A model generated the notes under the pieces. That model made no database searches and had not been told where the DNA came from. It was given only the letters and a program-made list of their open reading frames with translations. DNA of 64,000 nucleotides from Escherichia phage phiAPCEc03. Positions 38,977 to 47,336 of the stretch are shown piece after piece. The stretch's first letter is position 1. Each line of letters begins with the position of its first letter. The stretch lies in sequence record NC_047754.1, one strand, 5' to 3'. The translations under genes were made by a program, and so were the position numbers.

Positions 38977-39649
38977 GTTTCAGGGCAGCCTTAACAGCTT
39001 CGTTAATCAACGTAATAATTTCTTCACGAGTCCATTTATACCCCAGAGACTTTACGTCTACCCCTAACTTTTCCAGATGTTTAACAGAAGCCAGCTCGTA
39101 ATTCATATAATGAACGTTCTGTTGTTTGCCTTCTGATAGAAGCCATACACGGTAGCAACCAACAGGATTATCCATTGCTTTTTTGATTTCACCGATACAC
39201 TGGTATCCAGGAACCCAAACAAGCTCACCAACTGCAAATTCTTCTGCTACAGCATCATCAGGAATAATCGGAGGATTCAATGGATCTACAATATCATTCA
39301 AACGAAGTAGAGCACCGTAGCGTTCCAGAACAGATTTAACCATTGCTACAGAGCGATAATTACGATCGGCAATTTCTTCAAAAGAATCACCAGATAAATA
39401 CTGCTCAATAACGTTGGCTAACTCGATGCCTTCAATAAGTGTGCCACGTTTCTTTTTCTTCATTTCGGCAACTTGAATCTGGCGGTCTTGCCATTCTTCA
39501 ATCATCCTTTCCATAGTTGGGTTGGATGATACGCCGAGCATTTCACATGCTGCTTTCTTAGTACCACCGTTCTCCAGATGCTCTATAACTTTTTTAAAGA
39601 CTTCATCCGGGATTTCATGGATATGTTTCTTTCTGCGAGAACCAGCCAT
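38945..39649 (-). CDS. HTH DNA-binding protein, first gene downstream of PN25-like promoter
   Basis: 234 aa; HTH-like TKKAACEMLGVSSNPTMERMI; SD GAGAGGAG upstream. Confidence 0.6.
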   Translation of the reverse strand: MAGSRRKKHIHEIPDEVFKKVIEHLENGGTKKAACEMLGVSSNPTMERMIEEWQDRQIQVAEMKKKKRGTLIEGIELANVIEQYLSGDSFEEIADRNYRSVAMVKSVLERYGALLRLNDIVDPLNPPIIPDDAVAEEFAVGELVWVPGYQCIGEIKKAMDNPVGCYRVWLLSEGKQQNVHYMNYELASVKHLEKLGVDVKSLGYKWTREEIITLINEAVKAALKLDKEKGKRRE

Positions 39650-39680
39650 ATTTAAACTCCTCTCTCAAATTTATGAATCT

Positions 39681-39709
39681 ATTATACAGAAAAATTTTCC
39701 TGAAAGCAA
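39681..39709 (-). promoter_or_regulatory. Strong early promoter matching T5 PN25
   Basis: - strand reads TTTATTTGCTTTCAGGAAAATTTTTCTGTATAATAGATTCATAAATTTGAGAGAGGAG, which matches the PN25 sequence as I recall it. Confidence 0.8.
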
Positions 39710-39717
39710 ATAAATTT

Positions 39718-39951
39718 TTACGATTCCTTGAGCAAAGAAGAAAGTTCAGCATATACTTTATCTAACTCAAACCCTATGCGAAGAGATACGTTAGTCCTCC
39801 GTTGTTTAAGTAACCACTCGGATATGTTAGGGATGCCAGCTAATCTATGTGGTACCACCCTACATAGCTTTTCCGAAGTATCATAAACAGGAACTTTACG
39901 TTCTTTTACTGGAAACTTCCTTGTTTCCCATTTTTTATTCTTCACTGTCAT
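39718..39951 (-). CDS. Hypothetical protein (start uncertain)
   Basis: ORF 39718..40059 overlaps HNH gene 3' end; shortened to internal ATG. Confidence 0.3.
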   Translation of the reverse strand: MTVKNKKWETRKFPVKERKVPVYDTSEKLCRVVPHRLAGIPNISEWLLKQRRTNVSLRIGFELDKVYAELSSLLKES

Positions 39952-40465
39952 ATCTCTCCGAGGGATTAAATTCACCAAACAGCTCTTTAACTCCCCTAAG
40001 GTATAGCTGATGGGCTTCTTCCGGGGTATCTCGTCTACCAAAAATATGTTGCTTTCCATCGCAGTAAGCGTAGGCCATATACCTATTACCTCGTTTTACA
40101 ACTCCAGTGAATCCGGTAGAATTAGTAGAACACTTCTTATTCTTTCCATTTTCGGAATAGGTAGCCTTACGTAAATTATCCCACAAGTTGTTTAAACTAT
40201 CACCGTCTTTATGGTCAATAGTTTTATCTCCAGGATCTTCACCTGTCTTTATAAACCAGATTATTCTATGGGCTAAGTAAGCTGTCCGCTCCCCATTTAT
40301 CATAAACTCTAGCTGTCTCCCAGTTTTCATTTTGGAGCCCGCTACTTTTCCCTTCCTTGGGCCAGATAACCAAATTAAGTCCCCAGTACTTTCGTCATAT
40401 CTAAGCTTTTCTAGGATAAATGCCATAGGAGGCATTGGTTTATGCATCTTCATTAGTTGCTCCAA
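39935..40465 (-). CDS. HNH homing endonuclease with AP2-like domain
   Basis: HNH motif IDHKDGDSLNNLWDNLRKATYSEN; AP2-like TGFTGVVKRGNRYMAYAYCDG. Confidence 0.75.
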   Translation of the reverse strand: MEQLMKMHKPMPPMAFILEKLRYDESTGDLIWLSGPRKGKVAGSKMKTGRQLEFMINGERTAYLAHRIIWFIKTGEDPGDKTIDHKDGDSLNNLWDNLRKATYSENGKNKKCSTNSTGFTGVVKRGNRYMAYAYCDGKQHIFGRRDTPEEAHQLYLRGVKELFGEFNPSERYDSEE

Positions 40466-43304
40466 GTTCGGACAGTACTTCTTCTGCCATAGCCTTCTCT
40501 TCCTCTGTCATGAATTTGAAAGGAATTGGCATACACTCGATTTTACAATAGGTTCTGTACCAGTCTACGATATTTTCAGTGTTCATATCCTTACCAATAC
40601 CCATCATACCAAGATACATTCTAGCATATTTTGGGTTAGCACTCTGACCTGTTTTAAGGAAGAAATCTTTCTTCTTACCTTTCAGAGCTTCTATGAATGG
40701 TTTGATAGTAACATTTGAACACTTCTTAATATCTTCCCAGAACATCTCGTGCATCTTATGGAAGAATGCAGCTCGATCATTAGGTTTATCTTTGATATAT
40801 TGTTCAACATGCTCAACTGTTACATCTTTAATAGACTCAAGATGATAGTAGCGAACAAGAAGTAGTTTAGCTTCGTACGCATCTGCATGGCGTGGAGCAC
40901 AATAATCAGGAGTTGAATATAAAATAGCTTTGATTCGCTCTTCCGTATACTCTTTTCCTGCACCTTCGATAGTTCCCCAGCTTTCACTGAAAATATCAAT
41001 AGTTGCACCCTGATCAAGCAAGTAATAACGTAAAGTACTAGTATAGTTCCTAGACTCCAGCTCCCTACGACGTGCGTATAATTGCTGTGCTAACTCCAGC
41101 CAACCTTCATCAATGTTATATTGTTCAGAACCTGCGGAGAATCCACTCGTAGATTTATCAATGAAATAATAAATGTTCTGAGCGCCACGGTCGCGCCTGA
41201 TTGCTTGGAAACGCATGTTTGGCGCTTGGTTACTAGTTCTAGTAATAACGAATACGTTATCAAAGTAGTTAAAGTCAACTCCACTCGTTACGGATGGACT
41301 ACATAATAAGCAATCAATTTGTTGATCAATTAGCTCATTAGTTGTGTAATCCAGAATACGTCTAATATCCACATCAGACGTAGAGTTTGAGTGGATTTCC
41401 TTAACTAACGCACCCGTATTACGACGCAACGCCATGCCCTTCTCATTCAGTTCATCTGGTCCACAGTCAGATACTAGGATAGATTTCTCACCCATCTCTA
41501 GAGATGTCTGAAGTGCAACCCAAATACTGGATTCATCAGGAAACTCATAAGCATGAGCTTTTGACAGCATTCTACGGTGATGATTATAAAATGCAACCGG
41601 TTTATCAAACTCAATCAAGGAACCATATGCTTCAATTGTTTCTGCACTAATATCACCATCAGATAATATAATGATTTTTGCAGTTGCAAGAATGTCCCGA
41701 AGAACCTGAATACATTCACGACGTTGTTTAACAACCGGGGCGAATAATAGGTCATTCATTACAGCGTCACATTCATCGATAAAGATTGCATCAATTTGAC
41801 CAATAAAACTCTTGAACTTATGCAAAGAGTGAATAGTTGTGGACATACGGTCAATAGCACCACGCTTAAAATTGAGCATATCTACAGACTTATCATATTG
41901 TCCTGCACTAAATTTCTTGGCATTTGAAGATACCAGTGCTCTAGTATTGGTAATTGCTAAGAAATTACCTTTAATAACTCCTGAGTCTAACCAACGCACA
42001 ACCGCCGTGGTTTTACCTGTACCTAGACTTGCTTTTACAAAAGTCATATAACCTTCTGGTGGCACAGTATTTAATTTCAAGAAGTTATCAGTTTCTAGAG
42101 AATTAGTTTCTAGCTTTTTAAGTGGAATACCTTTTAAAACATCTGGTATATCACGTTTAGAATTATTAACAAACGCTTTCAGAGCCTGCTTACGACCGTT
42201 GTTAAAATAATCTTGAATATTACGACTATTATCTTTAGTTGCAATATACTCAGATAAAGCTGGGCGGATCTCCTTCTCTAGCCAACCAAAATCTACACCA
42301 TCCTCTAGTGCTCGGTGATAGAGTTTAGGAATAATACGTAGATATACACCATCCTCAGCTTCTTCTAACTCGCTGATGGTTTCTTCTACTTTATCAGAGG
42401 CAGCCTTTTTACCTTTAATTTGATCGAGTAAGGAGTAGAACTCCTCTTTAAACTCTCCTCTAGTTGTTTCATAGTCAACTAGATTATTGGGTAAATTTAC
42501 TTTTGAGCCTTTAACAAATACCAGACGTGAAGCACCCTCCGCTTTAAACGGATCTACTATACCATCAGTAAATAAAGGATCTGCAAAGTAATGGAGCTGT
42601 ACGGAAGAGTAATAAGCTAAGTCGGCAATATCAAAGCCATACTTTTGTCTACTACTTTCGTTGATAGATGTAAATAAGAACTTGATTTGACCCTGAGTTA
42701 CTTTAACATTAGATTCTAGTATTAAGTGCATTCGGATACCTGGTTTTAGCCCAGCCGAAGACGATGCATGAGCAATAAACCCTGCATCAAGAGGAAACAT
42801 GTCCTCACTAATACTATTTAACATTCTAATAATATGTCGAGCCATGCCAACAAGATCAAACTTGTTACAACCACCTGTATCTACAATACCATCCACGTCC
42901 ATTGCAATTATATGACTTGGGTTAGATACATTAAAGTTGCCCTTCTTACGTCGCACATTATTTTTAGGTGCAAGACATCGACCTCGTACCGCAACGATAT
43001 GAGGGTCAGACGTTAAACGTCTCATAAGAGGAAGCATTTCTACTAGGGTTTGAGGATCAACTTCATCAATTACATCAAACTTGAAGGGCATTGAAGCTGG
43101 TTTACCTTCAGGATGCTTTGAGGAAAATCTTTTAGCAAAAAGATAGTCTTCTGCTTTAACTTCTCGCCAATTGCCTGTGGCTAAATCGCGATGAAATCCT
43201 GCATGACCTTGTAGGATTGAGAACACAACAATACTCCTGTGTTGGAAATGAAATAAGTTTTCTTTAGGACTATTCAGAAAGAATAGAACAACTGTTACTG
43301 TCAA
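40440..43304 (-). CDS. Large replication protein with P-loop NTPase/helicase domain (start uncertain: TTG at 43304 or ATG at 43091)
   Basis: Walker A SLGTGKTT and Walker B IFIDECD in central region; 954 aa as listed. Confidence 0.55.
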   Translation of the reverse strand: MTVTVVLFFLNSPKENLFHFQHRSIVVFSILQGHAGFHRDLATGNWREVKAEDYLFAKRFSSKHPEGKPASMPFKFDVIDEVDPQTLVEMLPLMRRLTSDPHIVAVRGRCLAPKNNVRRKKGNFNVSNPSHIIAMDVDGIVDTGGCNKFDLVGMARHIIRMLNSISEDMFPLDAGFIAHASSSAGLKPGIRMHLILESNVKVTQGQIKFLFTSINESSRQKYGFDIADLAYYSSVQLHYFADPLFTDGIVDPFKAEGASRLVFVKGSKVNLPNNLVDYETTRGEFKEEFYSLLDQIKGKKAASDKVEETISELEEAEDGVYLRIIPKLYHRALEDGVDFGWLEKEIRPALSEYIATKDNSRNIQDYFNNGRKQALKAFVNNSKRDIPDVLKGIPLKKLETNSLETDNFLKLNTVPPEGYMTFVKASLGTGKTTAVVRWLDSGVIKGNFLAITNTRALVSSNAKKFSAGQYDKSVDMLNFKRGAIDRMSTTIHSLHKFKSFIGQIDAIFIDECDAVMNDLLFAPVVKQRRECIQVLRDILATAKIIILSDGDISAETIEAYGSLIEFDKPVAFYNHHRRMLSKAHAYEFPDESSIWVALQTSLEMGEKSILVSDCGPDELNEKGMALRRNTGALVKEIHSNSTSDVDIRRILDYTTNELIDQQIDCLLCSPSVTSGVDFNYFDNVFVITRTSNQAPNMRFQAIRRDRGAQNIYYFIDKSTSGFSAGSEQYNIDEGWLELAQQLYARRRELESRNYTSTLRYYLLDQGATIDIFSESWGTIEGAGKEYTEERIKAILYSTPDYCAPRHADAYEAKLLLVRYYHLESIKDVTVEHVEQYIKDKPNDRAAFFHKMHEMFWEDIKKCSNVTIKPFIEALKGKKKDFFLKTGQSANPKYARMYLGMMGIGKDMNTENIVDWYRTYCKIECMPIPFKFMTEEEKAMAEEVLSELGATNEDA

Positions 43305-43725
43305 TTTCTCAACAAATTAATTGCAAATACTGAAGTGGGGTGGCAACTTCCACTTTCACGCTGCGCTGCTGCTTTGCTATACCGCACAAATCCTTGAGGA
43401 TGGCCGCTAAGCCAGATTTGCTCACCTAATGCTTCATATACTAGCTCATACTAGATGCAATATAACTTACAGAATCACGTCTCGGAGTTTTTCACTCCTC
43501 CCGTCTCACTTCACAACCACCTCTGTCTAGGTTGCTTCGAGGCCTTACCAGGGTTCCTACGGGACGCAGATCGCTAAGTATTCTATTAACTATTTGTTTA
43601 AAAACTAACACGTAACAGTTAAAACAACCCTTAATGGGGCAGCCTAACTGTTCCGTATCGCGGATTGTAAACAAGAAAAATTAGCAAAATCAATTTTTAC
43701 TAATGTCTCTCAATTCAATATAAAT

Positions 43726-43754
43726 ATTATATCAAGATTTTGGGCATCCTGCAA
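43726..43754 (-). promoter_or_regulatory. T5-type early promoter (- strand)
   Basis: Complement of TATAAT at 43726-43731, 17-bp spacer, complement of TTGCAG at 43749-43754. Confidence 0.6.
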
Positions 43755-43845
43755 GTAAAATTTTCCGGATGGTGCTATCATTGGTCTTGAGTACGGATAA
43801 AACCGAGCCAAAATGACTCGGTAATCAGAGTTCAGCTAATAAAAA

Positions 43846-44238
43846 TCATTCATCATTTAGGCCTGGAACATAAATCCCAACACGATTTAATTGTTCTTTA
43901 GCTTCTGCGAGAATATCTGGAGTGTACTCCCAAATATCATCTTCCACCTGTAAAAGATGGGGCGAACAACCATCATCCGGCACACGACATATGGCCAAAC
44001 CACGTGGATGGAATATAGAGAAGTTTAGGGCAACAATTAAACCCATAGCGGATAATTCATTCCAGTCCAATTCCCATTCCCCCGCGTAGCCGGATAGGAA
44101 AACACCAACACAGGGATCATCTATTTGCTGCTCCGGAAAAGTGAAGGAGGCTTGTCTTACCCCCAACCAACGTTGTAGCAGCTTCTCCGCACGTTTCACC
44201 AAACTAGGATCAATCTGACGCCAATATACTTGTTCCAT
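43846..44238 (-). CDS. Hypothetical protein, paralog of 44248..44676
   Basis: 130 aa; shares PC[VI]G, W.EL..MGL..ALN and Y.P....PGL blocks with the adjacent gene. Confidence 0.55.
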   Translation of the reverse strand: MEQVYWRQIDPSLVKRAEKLLQRWLGVRQASFTFPEQQIDDPCVGVFLSGYAGEWELDWNELSAMGLIVALNFSIFHPRGLAICRVPDDGCSPHLLQVEDDIWEYTPDILAEAKEQLNRVGIYVPGLNDE

Positions 44239-44247
44239 TATGCCCTC

Positions 44248-44676
44248 TTAAGCAGTTAAACCTGGGATCATATACCCGAAACGTCGAAGTTTCTGAATCC
44301 CCTCATCTACTTCTTCCGGTGAGTAAGACCAACCATAACGTTCATTAACCTGAAAACCAGGAGATTCACTAGTTTTATAGTTAACAACGAGGCGATGCTT
44401 AGCAGGCATAAACAGCTTATAGTTTAACGCAAAAACTAAGCCCATTTCATCTAACTCTTTCCAGCCGACAATCTCTTCAAGACCCTCCTCTACCTGAACA
44501 ATTAAACCAATACAGGGGGCCTCATCAATATCATCTTTAAAAGCAAAGGAGATTTCGTTATTCTCACACCATATTTTCAAAGAGTTAATAGCCTCATTAT
44601 ACAGGCTAGCTGGGAGAGTACGCCAAAAGTTAACCAAAATTGGGTTAGCTTCTTTAGAGAATACATTATTGAACAT
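44248..44676 (-). CDS. Hypothetical protein, paralog of 43846..44238
   Basis: 142 aa; same conserved blocks as neighbour. Confidence 0.55.
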   Translation of the reverse strand: MFNNVFSKEANPILVNFWRTLPASLYNEAINSLKIWCENNEISFAFKDDIDEAPCIGLIVQVEEGLEEIVGWKELDEMGLVFALNYKLFMPAKHRLVVNYKTSESPGFQVNERYGWSYSPEEVDEGIQKLRRFGYMIPGLTA

Positions 44677-44678
44677 AT

Positions 44679-45194
44679 TTACACCTTAAATTGTTGCAAG
44701 GATTTACACATTTCAAGATCTGGGCTAAATTCTAGCATATAGCTAACAGCTTTTAAATCTTGAAGATTTATCCCAGTCCTACCGTTGACTATAACCGTTG
44801 GATACTGATACATCATAGCACCCGCATCATCAAGCACACACCAATGTTTGAGCTTATGCTTTTCAACGAAGCGAAGAACAGAATTACCCCTAGATAATCC
44901 ACCACCAGTAAAATCCGTTGTACCAAGAAAACGATCGATAAGACCTAATCCGGTCATAATCTGAACGTTCTCCATCTCATTTCTGACAGAAAACCAAGAT
45001 GATACTCCGACAATCATTATCGGAGAAGGACGAATAAAGTCCTGAAAAGCCTTGAGAAGCGGTTTGAAAACCCAGTCACTTCCAAAGAAAATCTTTTCAT
45101 CATCAGGTGCATGATGGTGGGAGATGCTCGAATTGAGCACCCCATCAATGTCTAGAAAAATAATTGGAGTATTACTTATTTCCACCAGTAGCAT
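44679..45194 (-). CDS. HAD-superfamily phosphatase-like protein
   Basis: Motif I IIFLDIDGVLN (DxDG) near N-terminus; start trimmed to internal ATG to limit overlap. Confidence 0.55.
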   Translation of the reverse strand: MLLVEISNTPIIFLDIDGVLNSSISHHHAPDDEKIFFGSDWVFKPLLKAFQDFIRPSPIMIVGVSSWFSVRNEMENVQIMTGLGLIDRFLGTTDFTGGGLSRGNSVLRFVEKHKLKHWCVLDDAGAMMYQYPTVIVNGRTGINLQDLKAVSYMLEFSPDLEMCKSLQQFKV

Positions 45195-45357
45195 CCCACG
45201 TCCAGACTTTAACTTCATCAGTAAAAGGAACCGGAACCTTCAATTCACCCTTACCCCACATAACAGACAGGAACAGAGAATAAATGGTAATCATACCAAT
45301 TAGGTTGACAAACCATACTAGACCTTTCCAGATACCCTTAAAAATCTTCTTTATCAT
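45172..45357 (-). CDS. Small membrane protein
   Basis: 61 aa with one hydrophobic helix (GLVWFVNLIGMITIYSLFLSVMW); ATG overlaps upstream TGA. Confidence 0.45.
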   Translation of the reverse strand: MIKKIFKGIWKGLVWFVNLIGMITIYSLFLSVMWGKGELKVPVPFTDEVKVWTWDATGGNK

Positions 45358-45524
45358 TCGTTCTCCTCTAGGAACGTATCATACTCAACCGTATCAACAT
45401 ATATGACACCATAGTCATCGGATTTATAGTCCATTTCCCACAGCTCACAGCGATAGCACCAACTACCATCCGCCCATACAAATATATCATCGGGATGTGT
45501 ATACACAGATTTAACTATGGACAT
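45358..45524 (-). CDS. Small Cys-containing protein (not in ORF track), paralog of 45515..45700
   Basis: 55 aa: MSIVKSVYTHPDDIFVWADGSWCYRCELWEMDYKSDDYGVIYVDTVEYDTFLEENE; stop overlaps next start (ATGA). Confidence 0.4.
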
Positions 45525-45700
45525 ATCTGTTTCCCCTCATCTCCAGAGGATAACCATATGTTCTCTGTAGTATAGATAATTTTATATGTGTTGCCCAACC
45601 TTTCTTTAACATTAGGAAATCTATAGGCAAACCTATAACACCACGTGCCAGACTCAGTTATAAAAATATCCCATTCATTATTTCTTGCTTCCCGACACAT
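45515..45700 (-). CDS. Small Cys-containing protein, paralog of 45358..45524
   Basis: 61 aa; shares DIF..(S/T)G(S/T)WCYR and Y.(V/I)IY.T blocks. Confidence 0.4.
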   Translation of the reverse strand: MCREARNNEWDIFITESGTWCYRFAYRFPNVKERLGNTYKIIYTTENIWLSSGDEGKQICP

Positions 45701-46496
45701 AAGGTCTACCCTCTAAATGAGCTTCTACACGAGCAATAAAATCAGGATCACTGAAAGCATCTACCGCACCTTTACTCCAGTAAGGGATACCGCGTTCTTC
45801 CAGCTGGTACATCTCACTACGAGTCATACCTTGATAGCCCGGTTCCGCCGCTAGGGCACTATCATAGTAGTTAACAACCATTAGCTTGGCAGCAGTCAAA
45901 TTAAGAACAGGAAATAATTCCCAGTAGAAGTTAATTACTTGGTTAGAGCAACCAATCACAACGATCATATCTTGACTGGTAATACCATCAAAAACATTGT
46001 ACATTTCTGCGTATGCAGGAGCATGCTCTCCAAAGAAGATTACATTAGGTTTAACCCATTTATAATCATCTGGATCAATAGAATTATATCCTACATCAAT
46101 AATCCGTTTATTACTACTACTGTAGCTATCCGCTACAACAACCTCTTTTAAGTATCCATGAATGTGCAGAATGTCACTATGTGGAACTCCAGCACGCTCA
46201 ATAAGGTCATCAACGTTGGTAGTCAAGTTTACTATTTGACCGGGATATTGTTTATACCATTCGCCAATACGCAAATGCGCAAGATTGGGTTCAACAGTTT
46301 TTAGCTCTTCACGACGCTTGTTGTAAAACATATGGGTTTTATGATAAAAATTACCACGAAAGGCATGAATATTACATACTTCTTCTAGATCATAATCATC
46401 CCACAGTGCTTTACCACTAGCAGTATCAGTACGGAAGGCTCGTACACCACTTTCAACACTCAAACCTGCACCGCTAATAATAATTAATCTACGCAT
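45678..46496 (-). CDS. Sir2-family (sirtuin/CobB-like) NAD-dependent protein lacking the zinc-ribbon module
   Basis: 272 aa; GAGLSVESGVRAFR, FYNKRREEL...EPNLAHL, NLTTNVDDLIERAGV and HIHG align block-for-block with CobB from memory; no Cys pairs where the Zn ribbon normally sits. Confidence 0.75.
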   Translation of the reverse strand: MRRLIIISGAGLSVESGVRAFRTDTASGKALWDDYDLEEVCNIHAFRGNFYHKTHMFYNKRREELKTVEPNLAHLRIGEWYKQYPGQIVNLTTNVDDLIERAGVPHSDILHIHGYLKEVVVADSYSSSNKRIIDVGYNSIDPDDYKWVKPNVIFFGEHAPAYAEMYNVFDGITSQDMIVVIGCSNQVINFYWELFPVLNLTAAKLMVVNYYDSALAAEPGYQGMTRSEMYQLEERGIPYWSKGAVDAFSDPDFIARVEAHLEGRPYVSGSKK

Positions 46497-46710
46497 TTTT
46501 CACCTGTTCTCTGAAGTTTTGCCCAATACTGCCTAATAGCTCAGCTAATTCTTTATTGCCTTTCTCCATTAAGGTATTAGCAATAACTTCTAGCATAGTA
46601 GCGCAGGATTCAACACCATCCTTATAGCCAGTTTCCCAGTGCTGCATTAATGCATTTTCCAAAGCGGCGTTTAACCCCTTATCTGGTAGCATCGGCTTCG
46701 AGAATGCCAT
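46489..46710 (-). CDS. Hypothetical protein
   Basis: 73 aa ORF in same operon. Confidence 0.4.
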   Translation of the reverse strand: MAFSKPMLPDKGLNAALENALMQHWETGYKDGVESCATMLEVIANTLMEKGNKELAELLGSIGQNFREQVKNA

Positions 46711-46882
46711 ACAGTTTCTCCTCTAGTTCCATAACACGATTTTCATAAGAGGCACGCAACTTTTCAATTGCCAGCGCACGCACTGTAACCTCATTAGAAT
46801 TAATAGCTAATTGGGCCAGATCTTCTGTTTCCATACGTCCGTTGTAAATTAAGCGATATTTAAGATGTTTTACGTTTTTCAT
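46679..46882 (-). CDS. Hypothetical protein
   Basis: 67 aa ORF in same operon. Confidence 0.4.
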   Translation of the reverse strand: MKNVKHLKYRLIYNGRMETEDLAQLAINSNEVTVRALAIEKLRASYENRVMELEEKLYGILEADATR

Positions 46883-47238
46883 ACTTTTAGCTCCGCTCCA
46901 ATATCCTCATAGAAGTAATCGTAGTAAACCTGCTTAATATGATGTTTAATAACAGAAGAGAAATCCTCTGTGCCGTTAGAGGTAACATTAAATACTTGTA
47001 AGTGGTTCCAATATACAAATTCTAGAGTCTCTTTTAAGTCTTCAGGTTCTTCATATATAGGATTATAGACAGTAATATCTAATTCTTGCTCTACGAAGTC
47101 ACCTAGTAATGTAGGATATCCAATACCTCCTAGCAATGAGTAATCACCTGTAGCAGCAAAAATAGCTTCCTGAATAGTATCTACTCCTAAGTGATAATGT
47201 CCTAACTTAGATACAACAATAAATGGTTTTAGGTCCAT
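46879..47238 (-). CDS. Hypothetical protein (first gene of operon)
   Basis: ATG at 47238 preceded by SD GAGGAGGG; ORF-track start at 47253 lies upstream of the SD. Confidence 0.5.
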   Translation of the reverse strand: MDLKPFIVVSKLGHYHLGVDTIQEAIFAATGDYSLLGGIGYPTLLGDFVEQELDITVYNPIYEEPEDLKETLEFVYWNHLQVFNVTSNGTEDFSSVIKHHIKQVYYDYFYEDIGAELKV

Positions 47239-47265
47239 ATACCCTCCTCTCAAATTTATAAATCA

Positions 47266-47294
47266 ATTATACATAAGTTTTAGCTCGAAAGCAA
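47266..47294 (-). promoter_or_regulatory. T5-type early promoter (- strand)
   Basis: Complement of TATAAT at 47266-47271, 17-bp spacer, complement of TTGCTT at 47289-47294. Confidence 0.65.
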
Positions 47295-47299
47295 ATAAA

Positions 47300-47336
47300 A
47301 TAAAAGCCAGGTCGACTAGCAACCCGGCTGATTAGC
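47300..47336 (-). terminator. Probable terminator downstream of nrdD (- strand)
   Basis: Hairpin GCCGGG-N13-CCTGGC with T-run on - strand. Confidence 0.5.

Noticed and set aside
43492-43674. 60-aa ORF in the long leader region
   Set aside because: Starts with TTG, has no SD, and has a Cys/Arg-rich translation; more likely non-coding leader.
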